Positions 1 to 11,455 of a stretch of 37,212 nt of DNA are shown here, in pieces; positions within the stretch are counted from its first letter, which is position 1; each line of letters opens with the position of its first letter. The position numbers and the translations under genes were made by a program. The stretch is from Paraspadella gotoi (Eukaryota > Animalia > Chaetognatha), in the NCBI GenBank assembly GCA_051294375.1, contig JBJCIZ010001670.1, positions 1 to 37,212 on the forward strand. Direction: 5' to 3'. A model generated the notes under the pieces. The model saw only the letters and a program-made list of their open reading frames with translations. It was not told the origin of the DNA and did not search any database.

Positions 1-2202
1 AGTTCTTTCTTTGTAGAACCAAAATGGAATCGCTTTAAATAGCGAGAGTTGATCCGCCGAGACGGCGTTTTTCGCGGTCTTTTTTGCCGATAACTTTTGA
101 ACGCGTTGTCCGATTTACATGAAATTTGGGGATTTCGGCTAATTTCGCAATTCTCTTTCCAACGATGCCAAATTTATATAGTAAATATGTCTAGTTTCGA
201 AACGACTTGCAGCCCCTCAATTAATCGCTGGATAAAGCGAAGCAGAATAGAATAAAAAATGAAAAATCTAGAAAAGAAAAAAGTTGAGTTGAAAAAGGAA
301 AATAGCTAAGAAGAAGAAAGAAAAAAAGAAACGAATTCGGAAAAAGAAAAAAAAAACGACAACCTTTCAATTAACCCCCAAAAAGAATTGAAAAGAAAAA
401 AACTAACGATTCCCAGAAGTTTTTTTTTTATATTTCTCGACGATTTTTTTTAAAAAAAAAGGTTTTTTTTTTTTGACAAAGAATTTGTTTTATTTTGGGT
501 TTTTTTTTCTCCTTCTGCCCGTTTACTTCCAACATTAGGTTCTCAGTTGATAAAACAAAACTTTTTCTCTTTACTTTTGATCTGGGAATTAATTGAGAAC
601 GACCAGGCCACGAGATACGAAACGTAGAAAGTTGCAGTGTGCGGGCCAGTACGTTATTTAGGTTGTTTTTATAAACTAGATCGAGCAATTTTTTTCTTAT
701 CACTCAAGTAAGTTAAAAACATTTCGGTACAAACACTGGAAACTTTTTATTCATATGGCGAGAGAAATTAAATATTTTTTCGTGGAAAAAAAAACCCACG
801 TGAGTGAAGAAATGAGAAAAGTAATAGGAAAAAAAAAGTTTTGTCTGGTGTAATCAATTTCATATTCATCTTAAAAAAGTTAATCTTTTTAGATGTAAAA
901 TAAATGAGTCGAAGAGAACGTTTTATGTCCACGAGAGGAGGGGGAAAAATTAAAACCTAAAAGACGTGTCAGGTAATAAATTGAAAACCCAATCACGCAG
1001 TCGCAGGAAGGGAAAGAAGAAAAACGGAGAGCGGAGGAGAGGGAGAGGGAGGGAAGTGGATAGGGAGAGAGGAGGACAAGAAAGAGAAAAGAAAAGGACG
1101 AGGGGAGAGGGAAAACATAAACTAGAAAATCCCCAAAATAGACATGAAAGTTATCATGTGACAACAGAGAAGCAGAAGAAAAATTTATTCCACACACACC
1201 TCCACAAGTCGAGAATAATTTTTTTTTTCTACTCTCGCAGAACCGCCAATAAAACCAGAAACAGGAAAGCTCTTGGAGGCCGGCGTTCGTTTCCTCTCTC
1301 TCTCTTATCTCTCTTTATCTTTCTCTCCTCTCTCTCTCAATCTCTTTTTCTTTCTCTTTTACAAGAATGATGATGTGCCTCACAGGATGTTGATGATTAT
1401 TCACAAACATCGCTTAACTTGGAAAATGATAATGTTTCCCCAAAGCCCCTCTCTCTCTCTCTTCTCTCTCTTCTCTCCTCTCTCTTCCTCCTCCTCCTCT
1501 CTCTCTCTCTCTCTTTCCTCATTTCATATACTAACCTCTCCTTCCCGCCCTCCGTCCCTCCTCGCCTCTCCCCATCTCCTCTCTCACCACTCTCATAGCT
1601 CTCCTCACTTTTTTTTCCTTTGCTTTACCCACCCTACGGAGAGCATGGGGCTATCCGGCTGTACGGAGCTCCTTCTCTCTATACCTTCCATCTCTCTCTC
1701 TCCCATCTCTCCTCTTTTCTCTCCACGATCTCACTCTCGCTCCATCCTCTCCACCGTTTCACCCTTCACGGTAGCCTCTCATCCCTCAGCCATCTGCTCT
1801 CTCTCTCTCTCTCACTTCAAATCGAGGAAAAGGTTCCAAACGGTCCTCGATCGCTCGAAACAGGGAAAAAGAAAACGAGCGAAATAATTGTTTTCCCCTT
1901 GTCATTCATTTTTTCGTCATTACTCATTCATCTCGTACTATCTTTTTTATTCGTTTTTCAATTTTTTTTTCCTTTTCCGTGGGCCCGCTCTAACGACTTT
2001 ATTTGTTTTTATTTTCTCGGTCAAAACGGAGAGAAAATCTGTGGTTTCAGGTTATGCAGTCGGAAAAAAGAAAAAAAAGGTTCGCATTGGTTAGAACTGA
2101 AGTTTTTAAAACATGCATGTTTAAACATATTACAAAACGATTTCTGTACTCACTAACTTCTTTCAAATTTTTGTCTAATTAATATTTAATCTCTTTCTCA
2201 AC

Positions 2203-3355
2203 TTTTTAAGTGCTGGATCTGCTTATCACAGTATCCCGACTTACTATAAGATTACCTTTTTATAAGCTTCACTATTTTCGGGTCGCGTCGTCCAGACCCG
2301 CATATCAATATGGCGGGCACACACTTATAACAGCGTCAAACACTCGAATTTTGAAGATAAAATGTATGCAAAAAAATGATGTCCTCCGCTCGTCTGTGTC
2401 AGTGGCGTACGTCAGCCGCCCCTTAGCAAAAACACCAATTACTCGGAATTGGATGGATGGAATTTAAAAATGAAATTTTGTGTGTGATAGGTAAGTGTGT
2501 TGATTGAGGCTGGGATATTAAGTCGATGGAATCGTCCGAGGGAAATGGAGTTTAATATCGAAAAACAAAAATATATTCAACTATTTGAGACACCAATTGC
2601 TCATGAGTGGATGGCTGATTGACCTGAATTTTGTATGTGGTAGGAAATGTGTGATTGAACAGGATCAAGTTTCGATGGAATAGTAGTGGAAATGAGTTTA
2701 AATGGAAAAAAACAAAAACCCTGTTTTACTATTGATTATGCTTCTTTTTCCTTTTTATATTAAATTATCTGCAGGATGTATTAATAATCTAATATTAATA
2801 ATTAATTAAATCATTAGTAAATAATTAATTCAATAATTAATTAATTAGTCAAATCAATCCGTCCATACCGTCCATCATTACAAAAAGCTCCAATAACTCG
2901 TGATTGGGCGGTGGATTGGAATAAATTTTTGTGTGTGGGTAGGAAAAGTGTGTGTAAAGCTGGAATAGAAAATCTCGATTGGAATCGTGTGAGTGGAAAT
3001 TAGTTTAAATGAAAAAAACATGAAGTCGAATTACTACTAAAAATCTTTTTACTTATTTAACCCATAATAATCCAATTAATCATAATGGATGGAGTAGATT
3101 GATGAAATTTGTGTGTGGGTAGGAAAAACGGTATGGACGAAAGCTTGATATAAAGTTCAGTGAACGTACCAGTGGAAATGGTTAAAATAAAAAAGTATGA
3201 GTCACATTTACCTTTGAATCTTTTTATTTATTTTAACCCATGAAGATTGATGAAATTTGTGGAGCCGGTAGGAAAGTGAGTGAAGAAGCTAGATATAAAG
3301 TTTTGACGGAATGCAAGTTGAAAATGATGCAAGTTGAAAAAATGATAAGTTAAAA
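2203..3355 (+). mobile_element. Non-autonomous Helentron (HINE/DINE-1-like) element, 5' part with internal ~160-180 bp tandem repeats
   Basis: Starts TTTTTAAGTGCTGGATCTGCTTATCACAGTATCCCGACT, a noisy version of the hairpin GTCGGATCTGCT...AGCAGATCCGAC seen better at 9591-9625. A degenerate GTCC tract follows (~2380, ~2858), then units beginning CCAATWRCTC-like at ~2435, 2593, 2890, 3072 that contain AAATTTTGTGTGTGGGTAGGAAA. Inverted homolog at 7673-9630. Confidence 0.65.
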
Positions 3356-3699
3356 AAATCTTAAAAGCAATAAGGGATCGTCGCTATTGGCATAAAGAGA
3401 GAGAGAGAGAGAGAATGAGAGAGTGAAGAGAAAGAGAGAGAGTGAGAGAGAAAAGAGAGGAGTGAGAGAGAGAGAGGAGAGGAGAACATAAAAAAAAAAT
3501 CTTAAAGACTCAAGATAGAGCCAGAGCCGCAATCATCATAGAAATTTGAAAAAAACCGGGAAAAAAACGAATGAAATCATCATAAAACGAATTGTTGATG
3601 TACCTAGTAATTGATGAAGGTAATACTAATTGATTGAAGTAATAGTAAATTTATTGATGTAATAGGAATTGATTATGATTCGATGGATAATCAATTATT

Positions 3700-3806
3700 G
3701 GATGGCGATGATAGTCATTCACTGCTTGATGATAGTCATTCAGTGATGCGATGATTGTCCATTCATTGATGCGATGATGTCCATCATTGATGCGATGATA
3801 GTCAAT
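3700..3806. repeat. ~22-bp minisatellite (GATGATAGTCATTCATTGATGC-like), about 5 copies
   Basis: Tandem reiteration of GATGATAGTCATTCA / GATGCGATGA read directly. Confidence 0.75.
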
Positions 3807-3856
3807 AAAACAAAACAAATGCGTGTATGAGTGAAAGAGAGAGAGAGAGAAGGAGA

Positions 3857-3894
<38 letters not shown>

Positions 3895-3912
3895 AGGAGA
3901 GAGAGGAAAGAA

Positions 3913-3944
<32 letters not shown>

Positions 3945-4265
3945 AAGAAAGAGAATAAATCCCACGAAAACTCGGATGAAAATATGGGATTTTGTATTGA
4001 AAAAGCGCGAATAAAGTGGCAATAATAAAGTTTTTAGCAGGAAAAAATAATCAGAATTTCAAAAAAACAAAACGATCACGCAAAAGATCGGGCAAATAGG
4101 GGACAGACACACAAGAAGACAGAGAGGACAGAAGAGAGAGAGAGAGAGAGACAGCCGCTGGGCAGAGAAAAGAGAAGAGAAGAGCGATATATACATAATT
4201 AAAAAGAGAAGAGAAGAGAAGCTTAACAAGCCTTTATACTCGTTAAGAAATCACAGTACTTTATT

Positions 4266-4335
4266 GCGCCGACGTAGCGTAGCTATTCTCTACCCAAGGA
4301 CCTGGGTTCGCGCCTGTTCGGTGGCGTCGTTTTTT
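4266..4335 (+). pseudogene. tRNA-derived unit (tRNA pseudogene or SINE head) followed by a T6 run
   Basis: GCGCCGA...TCGGTGGC can form an acceptor-like stem. It has a B-box-like GGGTTCGCGCC and ends in GTTTTTT. CCCAAGGACCTGGGTTCGCGCC nearly matches CCCAAAGGACTCGGGTTCGCGCC in the TRIM-2 LTR. Confidence 0.45.
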
Positions 4336-4874
4336 ACATTAGTGAACCCCAATATATCTAAAAATTTTTGTAAAAAAAGAGAGAGAGAAGAGAGAGAAAG
4401 AGGAGAAGAGAGAGAGAGAAGGAGAGAGAGAGAGGAGAGACAGAGAGAGGAGAGAGAGAGGAGAGAGAGAAAGAAAGCTGGACTCGCTGCAGAGCCGGAA
4501 ACTCGTTTTTTTTTTTTATAGAAGAAGCAGTGACGGAGAAAAAGAAGAGAGAGGAGAGAGCGCCATATAAAAACGTTTTTGTTTTGTAAATAAAAACATA
4601 AACAATACCAATATTGATATGAAAATGAGAATTTTAAAGTCCTTGATGATTAGAGCCATATTGAAATTCAACTCCTATGATATCACATTTCAGAAGCCAT
4701 GATTGCAAAAAAGCGAAGACCCGGAAACGAAAGCTAAACGAAAAAAATCGAGTCAGGACGGCTTGCCCGCCTGGCCGATAATAAGAAGGATATTTGTTTG
4801 TTTGATAAAATGTAAACAAAACATTTAATAACTGTCCCTGAACTCAATTTTAGGGACAATCGCTGATGAACAAG

Positions 4875-5013
4875 CCTGAATATAAATTATAATAATTTAT
4901 AATTAATTAATTAATTAATCTATAATTAAATTATTAAATCTATAATTAATTAATAATTAAATCAATTAATTAATTAATTATCGTAGGCAAGCGAATTGTT
5001 TGCTCAACTTGTT
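4875..5013 (+). mobile_element. 3' end fragment of the Helentron/HINE family
   Basis: AATT-rich tract, then TCGTAGGCAAGCGAATTGTTTGCTCAACTTGTT, a degenerate copy of the 3' end at 17720-17756. Confidence 0.55.
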
Positions 5014-5149
5014 CTTTATCTTTAGCGGACGCAATTTGTGTTTTTAGAGGGTGGAAAGCTAGTTGGACTCTCCTTCACGTTTATTAAGGTCATAGTCTCC
5101 CTACCACTCTCTCTCTCTCTCCTCTCTCTCTTTTTTTTTCTCTCTTGAG

Positions 5150-7130
5150 CGAGGTAAGTTTGGTAAGGTCATGTGGTTTGACCGCGGTTGCGTGTTCTTG
5201 ATGTTCGTCCACAGTTTAAAATATCAAGAAAATAATTCATGAACTTGGGAATTTTGATGTTAGTTTCTTGAGGGTAAGTTGAAGACTGCCTCGTTTCTTC
5301 TCTCATCTTTCTCCTATTGATTCCGTGAGGGAAGTCACCTTCTCTGATTGGTCGAAACAAACGAGACAAGCTTCTTGATCAATCCGTTTCCTGCGCTGAT
5401 ATACTACTCCCTGTATAAACGAAGATTAGAATCTTCCCTAAAAATACCATTTGCTATGAAATTGGTACAATATAAAATATAATACAATATAAAAATTATC
5501 CATTCATTTAATAAATTGGCTGTCTTGCCCCTGACTTGGGACAAGCTTTGGTGGTTTAAGGAATCCATCACTCTTGCAAGATAATGACAAAGCAAGGTCT
5601 CTGCAAGCTTTCAATCAGGACTTGCCTTACTTTTCATGCTTGTTTTAAATATATAAAAAAGTCGTCTCTCTCTCTCTTCTCTCTCCTCTTCTCTCTCTTC
5701 TCTTCTCTCTCTCTCTCTCTTTTTTTTTTTTTTTTTTTTCTCTCTCTCTCTCTCTCTCTCACTCTTTTTCTCTCTCCCTTCTCTTATTCTCTCTCTCTTT
5801 TTCTCTTCTCTATCTCTCTTCTTCTCGGCCTCATCTCGCGTCTCTCTCTCTCTCTCTCCTTCTCTCCTCTCTCTCTCTCTTTCTCTCTCTCTCTTCTTCT
5901 CTCTCTCTTTTCTCCTCTCTCTTTTTCTCTCTCTCTTCTCTCTCTATTCTCTCTCTCACTCTCTCTCTGTTATTCTCCCTTTTAGTTTTTTCACCCTCTC
6001 TTTTCCTCCACAGCAAAATTGCGCTCGGGTCAAGTACCTTTCATGTTCATGTTCGAGTTCCCCACTCACTTATCCCCTAGCCTCCTTCCCCATCATCCCC
6101 TCCCCTCTTGATTTCCTTCCCTCTTCCCCTTCATCCCCTCCCCTCTTCACCCTCTCGATCCCTGTAAGAAAAGATTATGCCTAGCGTTCTCTTTCTCCCA
6201 CTTTTTCCTCGTTCGGCGTTTGGCCAGTTTTTAAGGTCAACATTTTTACCTTTCTTCATGGAGAAATTCGAGCTAAATGTTAGTTTCATTTTAAAACCAA
6301 AGCAGAAGCAACCATCGCCCGGAGGAAACAACATTTTTACGAGATTTTGGGAAGTATTTTCGTTTTTGCCAATTTGTACCGATTTTCCTTAAATAAATCA
6401 TAGAAACTCATTCAAAACTCGTTTTTGCTTCTCAAAAACTCATGTTGAAGACTTTGGACGGGCGGACGCAAAACGTTGAAATTTTACAAGCGTGAAAGAG
6501 AAAGAATTCTTCACAATCCCCTCCTCTCTTCCCCTCCCCTTTTTATCCCTCTCCCCACAAAAAACCTTTTCTCTTCTCAGGAATCGGAAAATGTAATTAT
6601 GGGCTTCGGGTGAGTTCGCTTCTTTGGGCGCCGATCGTGGGTCAGAGGTGGAGAGGGGAGGAGCTGTGGGTAAGGGATGGGGGTTAGGGGGTAGAGGGGG
6701 AATAAGAGGCGAAGGGAGTGGTTTCGAGTTGGTGGAGGTAAGGAGTCACGCTGAAGGGAAGTTGAAATTGGTGAGGTTTTATTCTTTTTGCAACTCTCAT
6801 CGGATAATTTCAACACCTACTACTCATCATAAATACAACATCTCTCTCTCTACAAATTACAATTAATCCTCATAACTAACTAATCAAAACTCGCTACAAT
6901 CAGAAAAAAAAATCATATCTCTCTCTCATCACAGCTCTTCATCTCCATCTCCTAACTCCGGGGTATCCATCAAGTCCACGTACAATAACATCTCAATCCT
7001 CATTCACTAGCTCAATCTACTCCTCACTCCTCACTCTCTATCCATCGTCTCTTATGATGGGTGGGAAGACGTCACCCTCTCTGGCTTCCAAACATTTTGT
7101 CATTAGCGAGAAGGAGAAGTCATCATCTAA
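5150..7130 (+). repeat. ~2-kb direct duplication, copy A (copy B at 9880-11455)
   Basis: 5960-6790 is nearly identical to 10470-11305 (e.g. CAAGTACC.TTTCATGTTCATGTTCGAGTTCCC, GGGCTTCGGGTGAGTTCGCTTCTTTGGGCGCCGATCG). Flanking parts align more noisily. Confidence 0.9.
5460..5625 (-). repeat. Dispersed ~250-bp repeat family member
   Basis: Reverse complement of 22030-22178 (TGAAAGCTTGCAG...TCATTATCTTG.AAGAGTGATGGA...GTCAGGGGCAAGA...AAATGAATGGATAATTTTT...GTACCAATT). Confidence 0.8.
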
Positions 7131-7304
7131 CGGAAGGGGACCCACCAGAGAAGAGGAAGAGAGAGAAAGAAGAGAAGAAGAAGAGAGAGAAGAGAAAATA
7201 ATAAAAAAGGAAAACAGAATAAGGAGAAAGAGAAAAGAAGGAAAGCTATAAATAAGAATAAGATTGAGGAGAGACGCACNNNNNNNNNNNNNNNNNNNNN
7301 NNNN

Positions 7305-7672
7305 GATCGTTCGGCCGGCTTGCCGCACATTGGCCCCAGGCGTTGGCTTTGATTGGCCGCCATTGGGCCGATGGTGCGGGCCGTCGCGGTTCGTCCCGCC
7401 CCCCACCATGGGCATTTGAAAGCGTTTGGTGCTCAAAGTGCTATCAGTGAGAAGCACTTGGCTTCTCCCATGGGCGGTTCGCAGGATGGCTGAAGAGCGG
7501 GGCAAAATGATGTGGCGGCCATTGCTGCTGCATGCGCTGCTGCATTGGGCGCTGTTTGATGGGCGCTGCTGCAAGGAGGGGGCGTGTGTTGGGCCTGGCG
7601 GCGGTCGTCGTACTGCGTTTGCGTATGAGATGTGGGGACCAGCAGTGTCGTCGTTGCTTTCCGTTCTCCACC
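7305..7672 (-). pseudogene. GC-rich fragment, possibly the degenerate 3' end of a Gypsy (CsRn1-like) gag
   Basis: Sharp GC-rich island. Minus-strand frames give Q/P-rich QRPMQQRMQQQWPP, then (frameshifted) AKCFS...PNAFKCPW and PGANVRQAGR, resembling the C-x2-H...FG..A.KC motif and GN..AGR gag terminus. Needs several indel corrections. Confidence 0.3.
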
Positions 7673-8249
7673 GGAAACTTTATATCCAAGCATGTTTACA
7701 CATTTTTCTAACCCACACAAAGAAATTTTGAACTCAATCTTATCTATCCAATTATGATTTAATTAGTAGTACTTATTGGTTAAAATAATTAAAAATTTTT
7801 TAAGTAAATGCGACTATGTTTTTTTACCTCTTAACTTACACGATTCCGTCTGAAACTTATATCCAGCTTTTAACACAACTTTCCTACCCAACACACAAAT
7901 TCTTTCCAATCCAACCAGTCAATCACGAGTTTATTGGATGCTTTTTGCTAAGGTGGGGACGGATGGACGGATTTGATTGATGATTATTAATTATTGATTA
8001 ATTAATTAACTAATTGATTATTTAACTGATTAATTATTGATGTATTAATACATAATCCCTGCATATACATTTTAATATAAAAGGAAAAGGAATCAATAAT
8101 CATATTGAGTGAACAGGTTTTTTTGTTTTTCGCATTAAAACTCATTTCCACTCAAAACGATCCATCGAAACTTGGTTTCCTGTTCAATCACACACTTTCT
8201 ACTCACATACAAATTCCAGGTCAATCGATAATTAAGTGGTGAATGAAGC

Positions 8250-8775
8250 TAACTTGTTTCAACTTGCATAATTTAATCAAACTTGCATAATTTGGTCAAC
8301 TGACATATTTTGGTTAACTGACATAATTTGGTCAACTGACATAATTGGTTCACTGACATAATTTGGTCATGCAAATCTTGACATGATATTTGGTCAACTG
8401 ACATAATTTGGTCAACTGACATAATTATGGCAACTGACATAATTGTGGTCAAAACTGACATAATTTGGTCACTGACATAAATTTGATCAATTAAGATAAT
8501 TTGCTCAACCGGCATAATTTTCGGTTCAACTGCATTAATTTTATTCGACTTGGCCTAATTTGGTCAGACGCAGCATAATTTCAACTGATGTTCAACTGCT
8601 GATTGTAATTGCAGTCTAAGTATTTGGGACACATAATGCATAGCATATTGGTCTAACAGGCATAATTGGTCAACTTGCAGAACTTGATCAACTTGCAAAT
8701 TGGTCAACTGGCATAATTGGTGTACTTTAAGAATTTGTCAACTGGCATATTTTTGTTCAATTGGCAATATTTTGG
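8250..8775. repeat. 18-bp minisatellite (TGACATAATTTGGTCAAC)n, roughly 25 copies, degenerate distally
   Basis: Head-to-tail units such as TGACATAATTTGGTCAAC TGACATAATTGGTTCAC TGACATAATTTGGTCA; no unique spacers. Confidence 0.9.
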
Positions 8776-9334
8776 CATCTCAAATCAAATCAAATCAATC
8801 AATTAATCAATCAATCACGAGAGAGAGACGAGAGAGAAACTTAAAAATTCAAATAAATGTGTCTTTTGGTTTTCTAATTTTGAACTCTTTTCCACTCACT
8901 ACGATTCATCAAGAAATTTATATCAGCTTATCACATACTCTTCACCTTACCACACACACAAATTCCTCATTCGATTATCTATCGCATTTTTATAATAAAC
9001 ATAATAATTATGAGTTAAAATTTAAGTAAAATACTTTAGTAAATAAGACTTTTTGTTTTTTCCATTTTTAACTGCATTTCACTCGCAACGATTCCATCCG
9101 AAACTTTATAGTCCAGCTCAATCTCAACATTCCCTACGCGTTCATACAAAATTTCAAGTCAATTTGCCTATCCACTCATGAGCAATTGGTCGTTCAAATA
9201 AGTGAAATTATATTTTTTTCGTTTTTCCATTTAAACCAATTCCACTCGCACGATTCCCTCAAACTCAATCATCTAATAATTTTACCACCAATTCATACAA
9301 TCCATCAACATACGAATGATTTTTGCTAGTGGGA

Positions 9335-9480
9335 GGGACGGACGGACGGACGGACGGACGGACGACGGACGGAGGACGGTACGGACGGACGCACGGACGA
9401 CGGACGGACGGACGGACGGACGGAGGACGTGACGGACGGACGGACGACGAGGACGGACTGAGCGACGACGCGGACGGACA
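9335..9480. repeat. (GGAC)n / (GTCC)n microsatellite within the Helentron-like element
   Basis: Direct reading of ggacggacggac... Confidence 0.95.
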
Positions 9481-9879
9481 TCGTTTTTTTTTGCATAATT
9501 TATGATAATTCGATGTTCATTGACATATATAAGTGGTGTGCCCGACATATTTGAGGGGGCGGATCGACGGACCGAAAAAATGGATTATAGAGTCGGAGAT
9601 CTGCTGATTAAGCAGCGATCCGACTAAAAATTTGCGCCAAAGGAAAAATTAAAAAAATTAAAAAAAAACCGCGCAAAAGGTGTGTAGTTTTTCTTTTTTT
9701 CTTTTGTTCTTTTCGTTTTTTTTGGGGCGTTTTTCTTTTTACATCGTCACTGTGACGCAAAATTCAGTAAAGATATTATCCAAACGTATAACACAGCAAA
9801 ATCTCGCTACATTACAATGGTTTACGTCACGTTACGCATAGGTACACGTTTGACCTTAGGAAAGCGAGAATTTAGTCAA

Positions 9880-10371
9880 TGTTGACCGGTGCTTTCTTGA
9901 TGTTGTACGTTAATATCAGAAAATATTCAGACTGGAATGAGTAGTTTTAGTAATTTGAGATGTCGTTCTAATCATCTCCCTATGTCGTGGGGACCTTTGA
10001 TGTACAAACAACAACTTCTGTATTCAATACATCCCTTACAAGGATTCTAAAAATGCATTGCTCATGAATGCTACTAAGTACTAAAATATACAATGATAAA
10101 AATTTCCATTCAACTTGACATAAAGGTACGTCTTTGAACCTGATACAATTGGTGTTTTAAAGGAATCATGACTCTGCAGAGGTAAGTGCTAAGCGTCTTG
10201 TGAAGTTTGACAGCGTTGCGTTTCTTTCGATGTTCGTTTACACAGTATTAAAAACGTTCTCTCTCTTCTCTTCTTCATTACTCTCATCCTTCTCCTTTTT
10301 TTTCTTCCCTCTATCTCTCTCGTATTTTCTTCCCTCCGCGACTCTCTTTTCTATTTCTCCTCTCCTCTCGG

Positions 10372-10403
<32 letters not shown>

Positions 10404-11313
10404 CTTCTCTTCTTTTTTTTCTCTTCCTCTTTTTCTCTCTCTCTTTCTCTCTCTATCTCTCTCTCACTCTCTCTCTGTATTTCTCCCTTTTAGTTTTTTC
10501 ACCCTCTCTTCCTCCACAGCAAAATTGCCGCTCGGGTCAAGTACCGTTTCATGTTCATGTTCGAGTTCCCCACTCATTATCCCCTAGCCTTTCCCATCAT
10601 CCCTCCCCTCTTGATTTCCTTCCCTCTTCCCTTCATCCCCTCCCCTCTTCACCCTCTCGATCCCTGTAGAAAAGATTATGCCTACGTTCTCTTTCTCCCA
10701 CTTTTTCCTCGTTCCGGCGTTTGGCCAGTTTTTTAAGGTCAACATTTTTACCTTTCTTCATGGAGAAATTCGAGCTAATGTTAGTTTCATTTTTTAAACC
10801 AAAGCAGAAGCAACCATCGCCCGGAGGAAACACATTTTCTACGAGATTTTGGGAAGGTATTTTCGTTTTGCCAATTTGTACTCGATTTTCCTTAAATAAA
10901 TCATAGAAATCTCATTCAAAACTTTTTTTGCTTCTCAAAACTCATGTTGAAGACTTTGGACGGCGCGACGCAAAACGTTTGAAATTTACAAGGCGTGAGA
11001 GAGAGAAAGAATTCTTCACAATCCCCTCTCCTCTCTTCTCCCCTCCCCTTTTTATCCCCTCTCTCCCTCAAATAAAACCCTTTTCCTCTCTCAGGAATCG
11101 GAATTGTAATTATGGGCTTCGGGTGAGTTCGCTTCTTTGGGCGCCGATCGTGGGTCAGAGGTGGAGAGGGGGAGGAGCTGTGGGGTAAGGGATGGGGTTA
11201 GGGGTAGAGGGGGAATAAGAGGCGAAGGGAGGTGGTTTCGAGTTGTGGGAGGTACAGGAGTCACCGTGAAGGGAAGTTGAAATTGGTGAGGGGTTTATCT
11301 TTTGGCATCTCTC

Positions 11314-11347
<34 letters not shown>

Positions 11348-11455
11348 ACTCTCTCTCTTCTCTCTCTCCTCTACCTGCTCTCTCTCTCTTTGGTGGGCGT
11401 CACCCGTCTCTGGCTCCACTATTTTTGTCTTAGCGAAGGAGAAGTCATCTCATCG
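9880..11455 (+). repeat. ~2-kb direct duplication, copy B
   Basis: See 5150-7130. 9880-10255 is a heavily indel-corrupted version of 5150-5580, and 11300-11390 has a CT tract in place of 6790-7055. Confidence 0.85.

Larger units (their letters stand above)
7673..9630 (-). mobile_element. Non-autonomous Helentron (HINE/DINE-1-like) element, inverted, interrupted by an 18-bp minisatellite
   Basis: The minus strand starts TTTTTAGTCGGATC(G)CTGCTTAATCAGCAGATC(TC)CGACT (subterminal inverted repeat plus partner). Then come a (GTCC)n microsatellite (9335-9480) and the same tandem units as 2430-3320 (8860-9330, 7673-8225). Confidence 0.7.

Noticed and set aside
60-180. ATAACTTTTGAACG...CCGATTT...TGAAATTTGG segment resembling Helentron internal repeat units
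   Set aside because: Single partial unit with no termini in the window; similarity is too vague to call
889-2156. Overlapping ORFs of 100-204 aa
   Set aside because: Translations are S/L/F or R/E/K runs produced by CT/GA tracts; no domain recognisable. The same applies to most ORFs in the track.
5169-5420. Possible minus-strand exon after TTTATACAG (…IPKFMNYFLDILNCGRT…)
   Set aside because: All frames hit stops without indel correction, no family is recognised, and the second copy is too corrupted to help
8250-8775. CRISPR-like appearance of regular short palindromic repeats
   Set aside because: Units are head to tail with no unique spacers, there are no cas genes, and the context is eukaryotic
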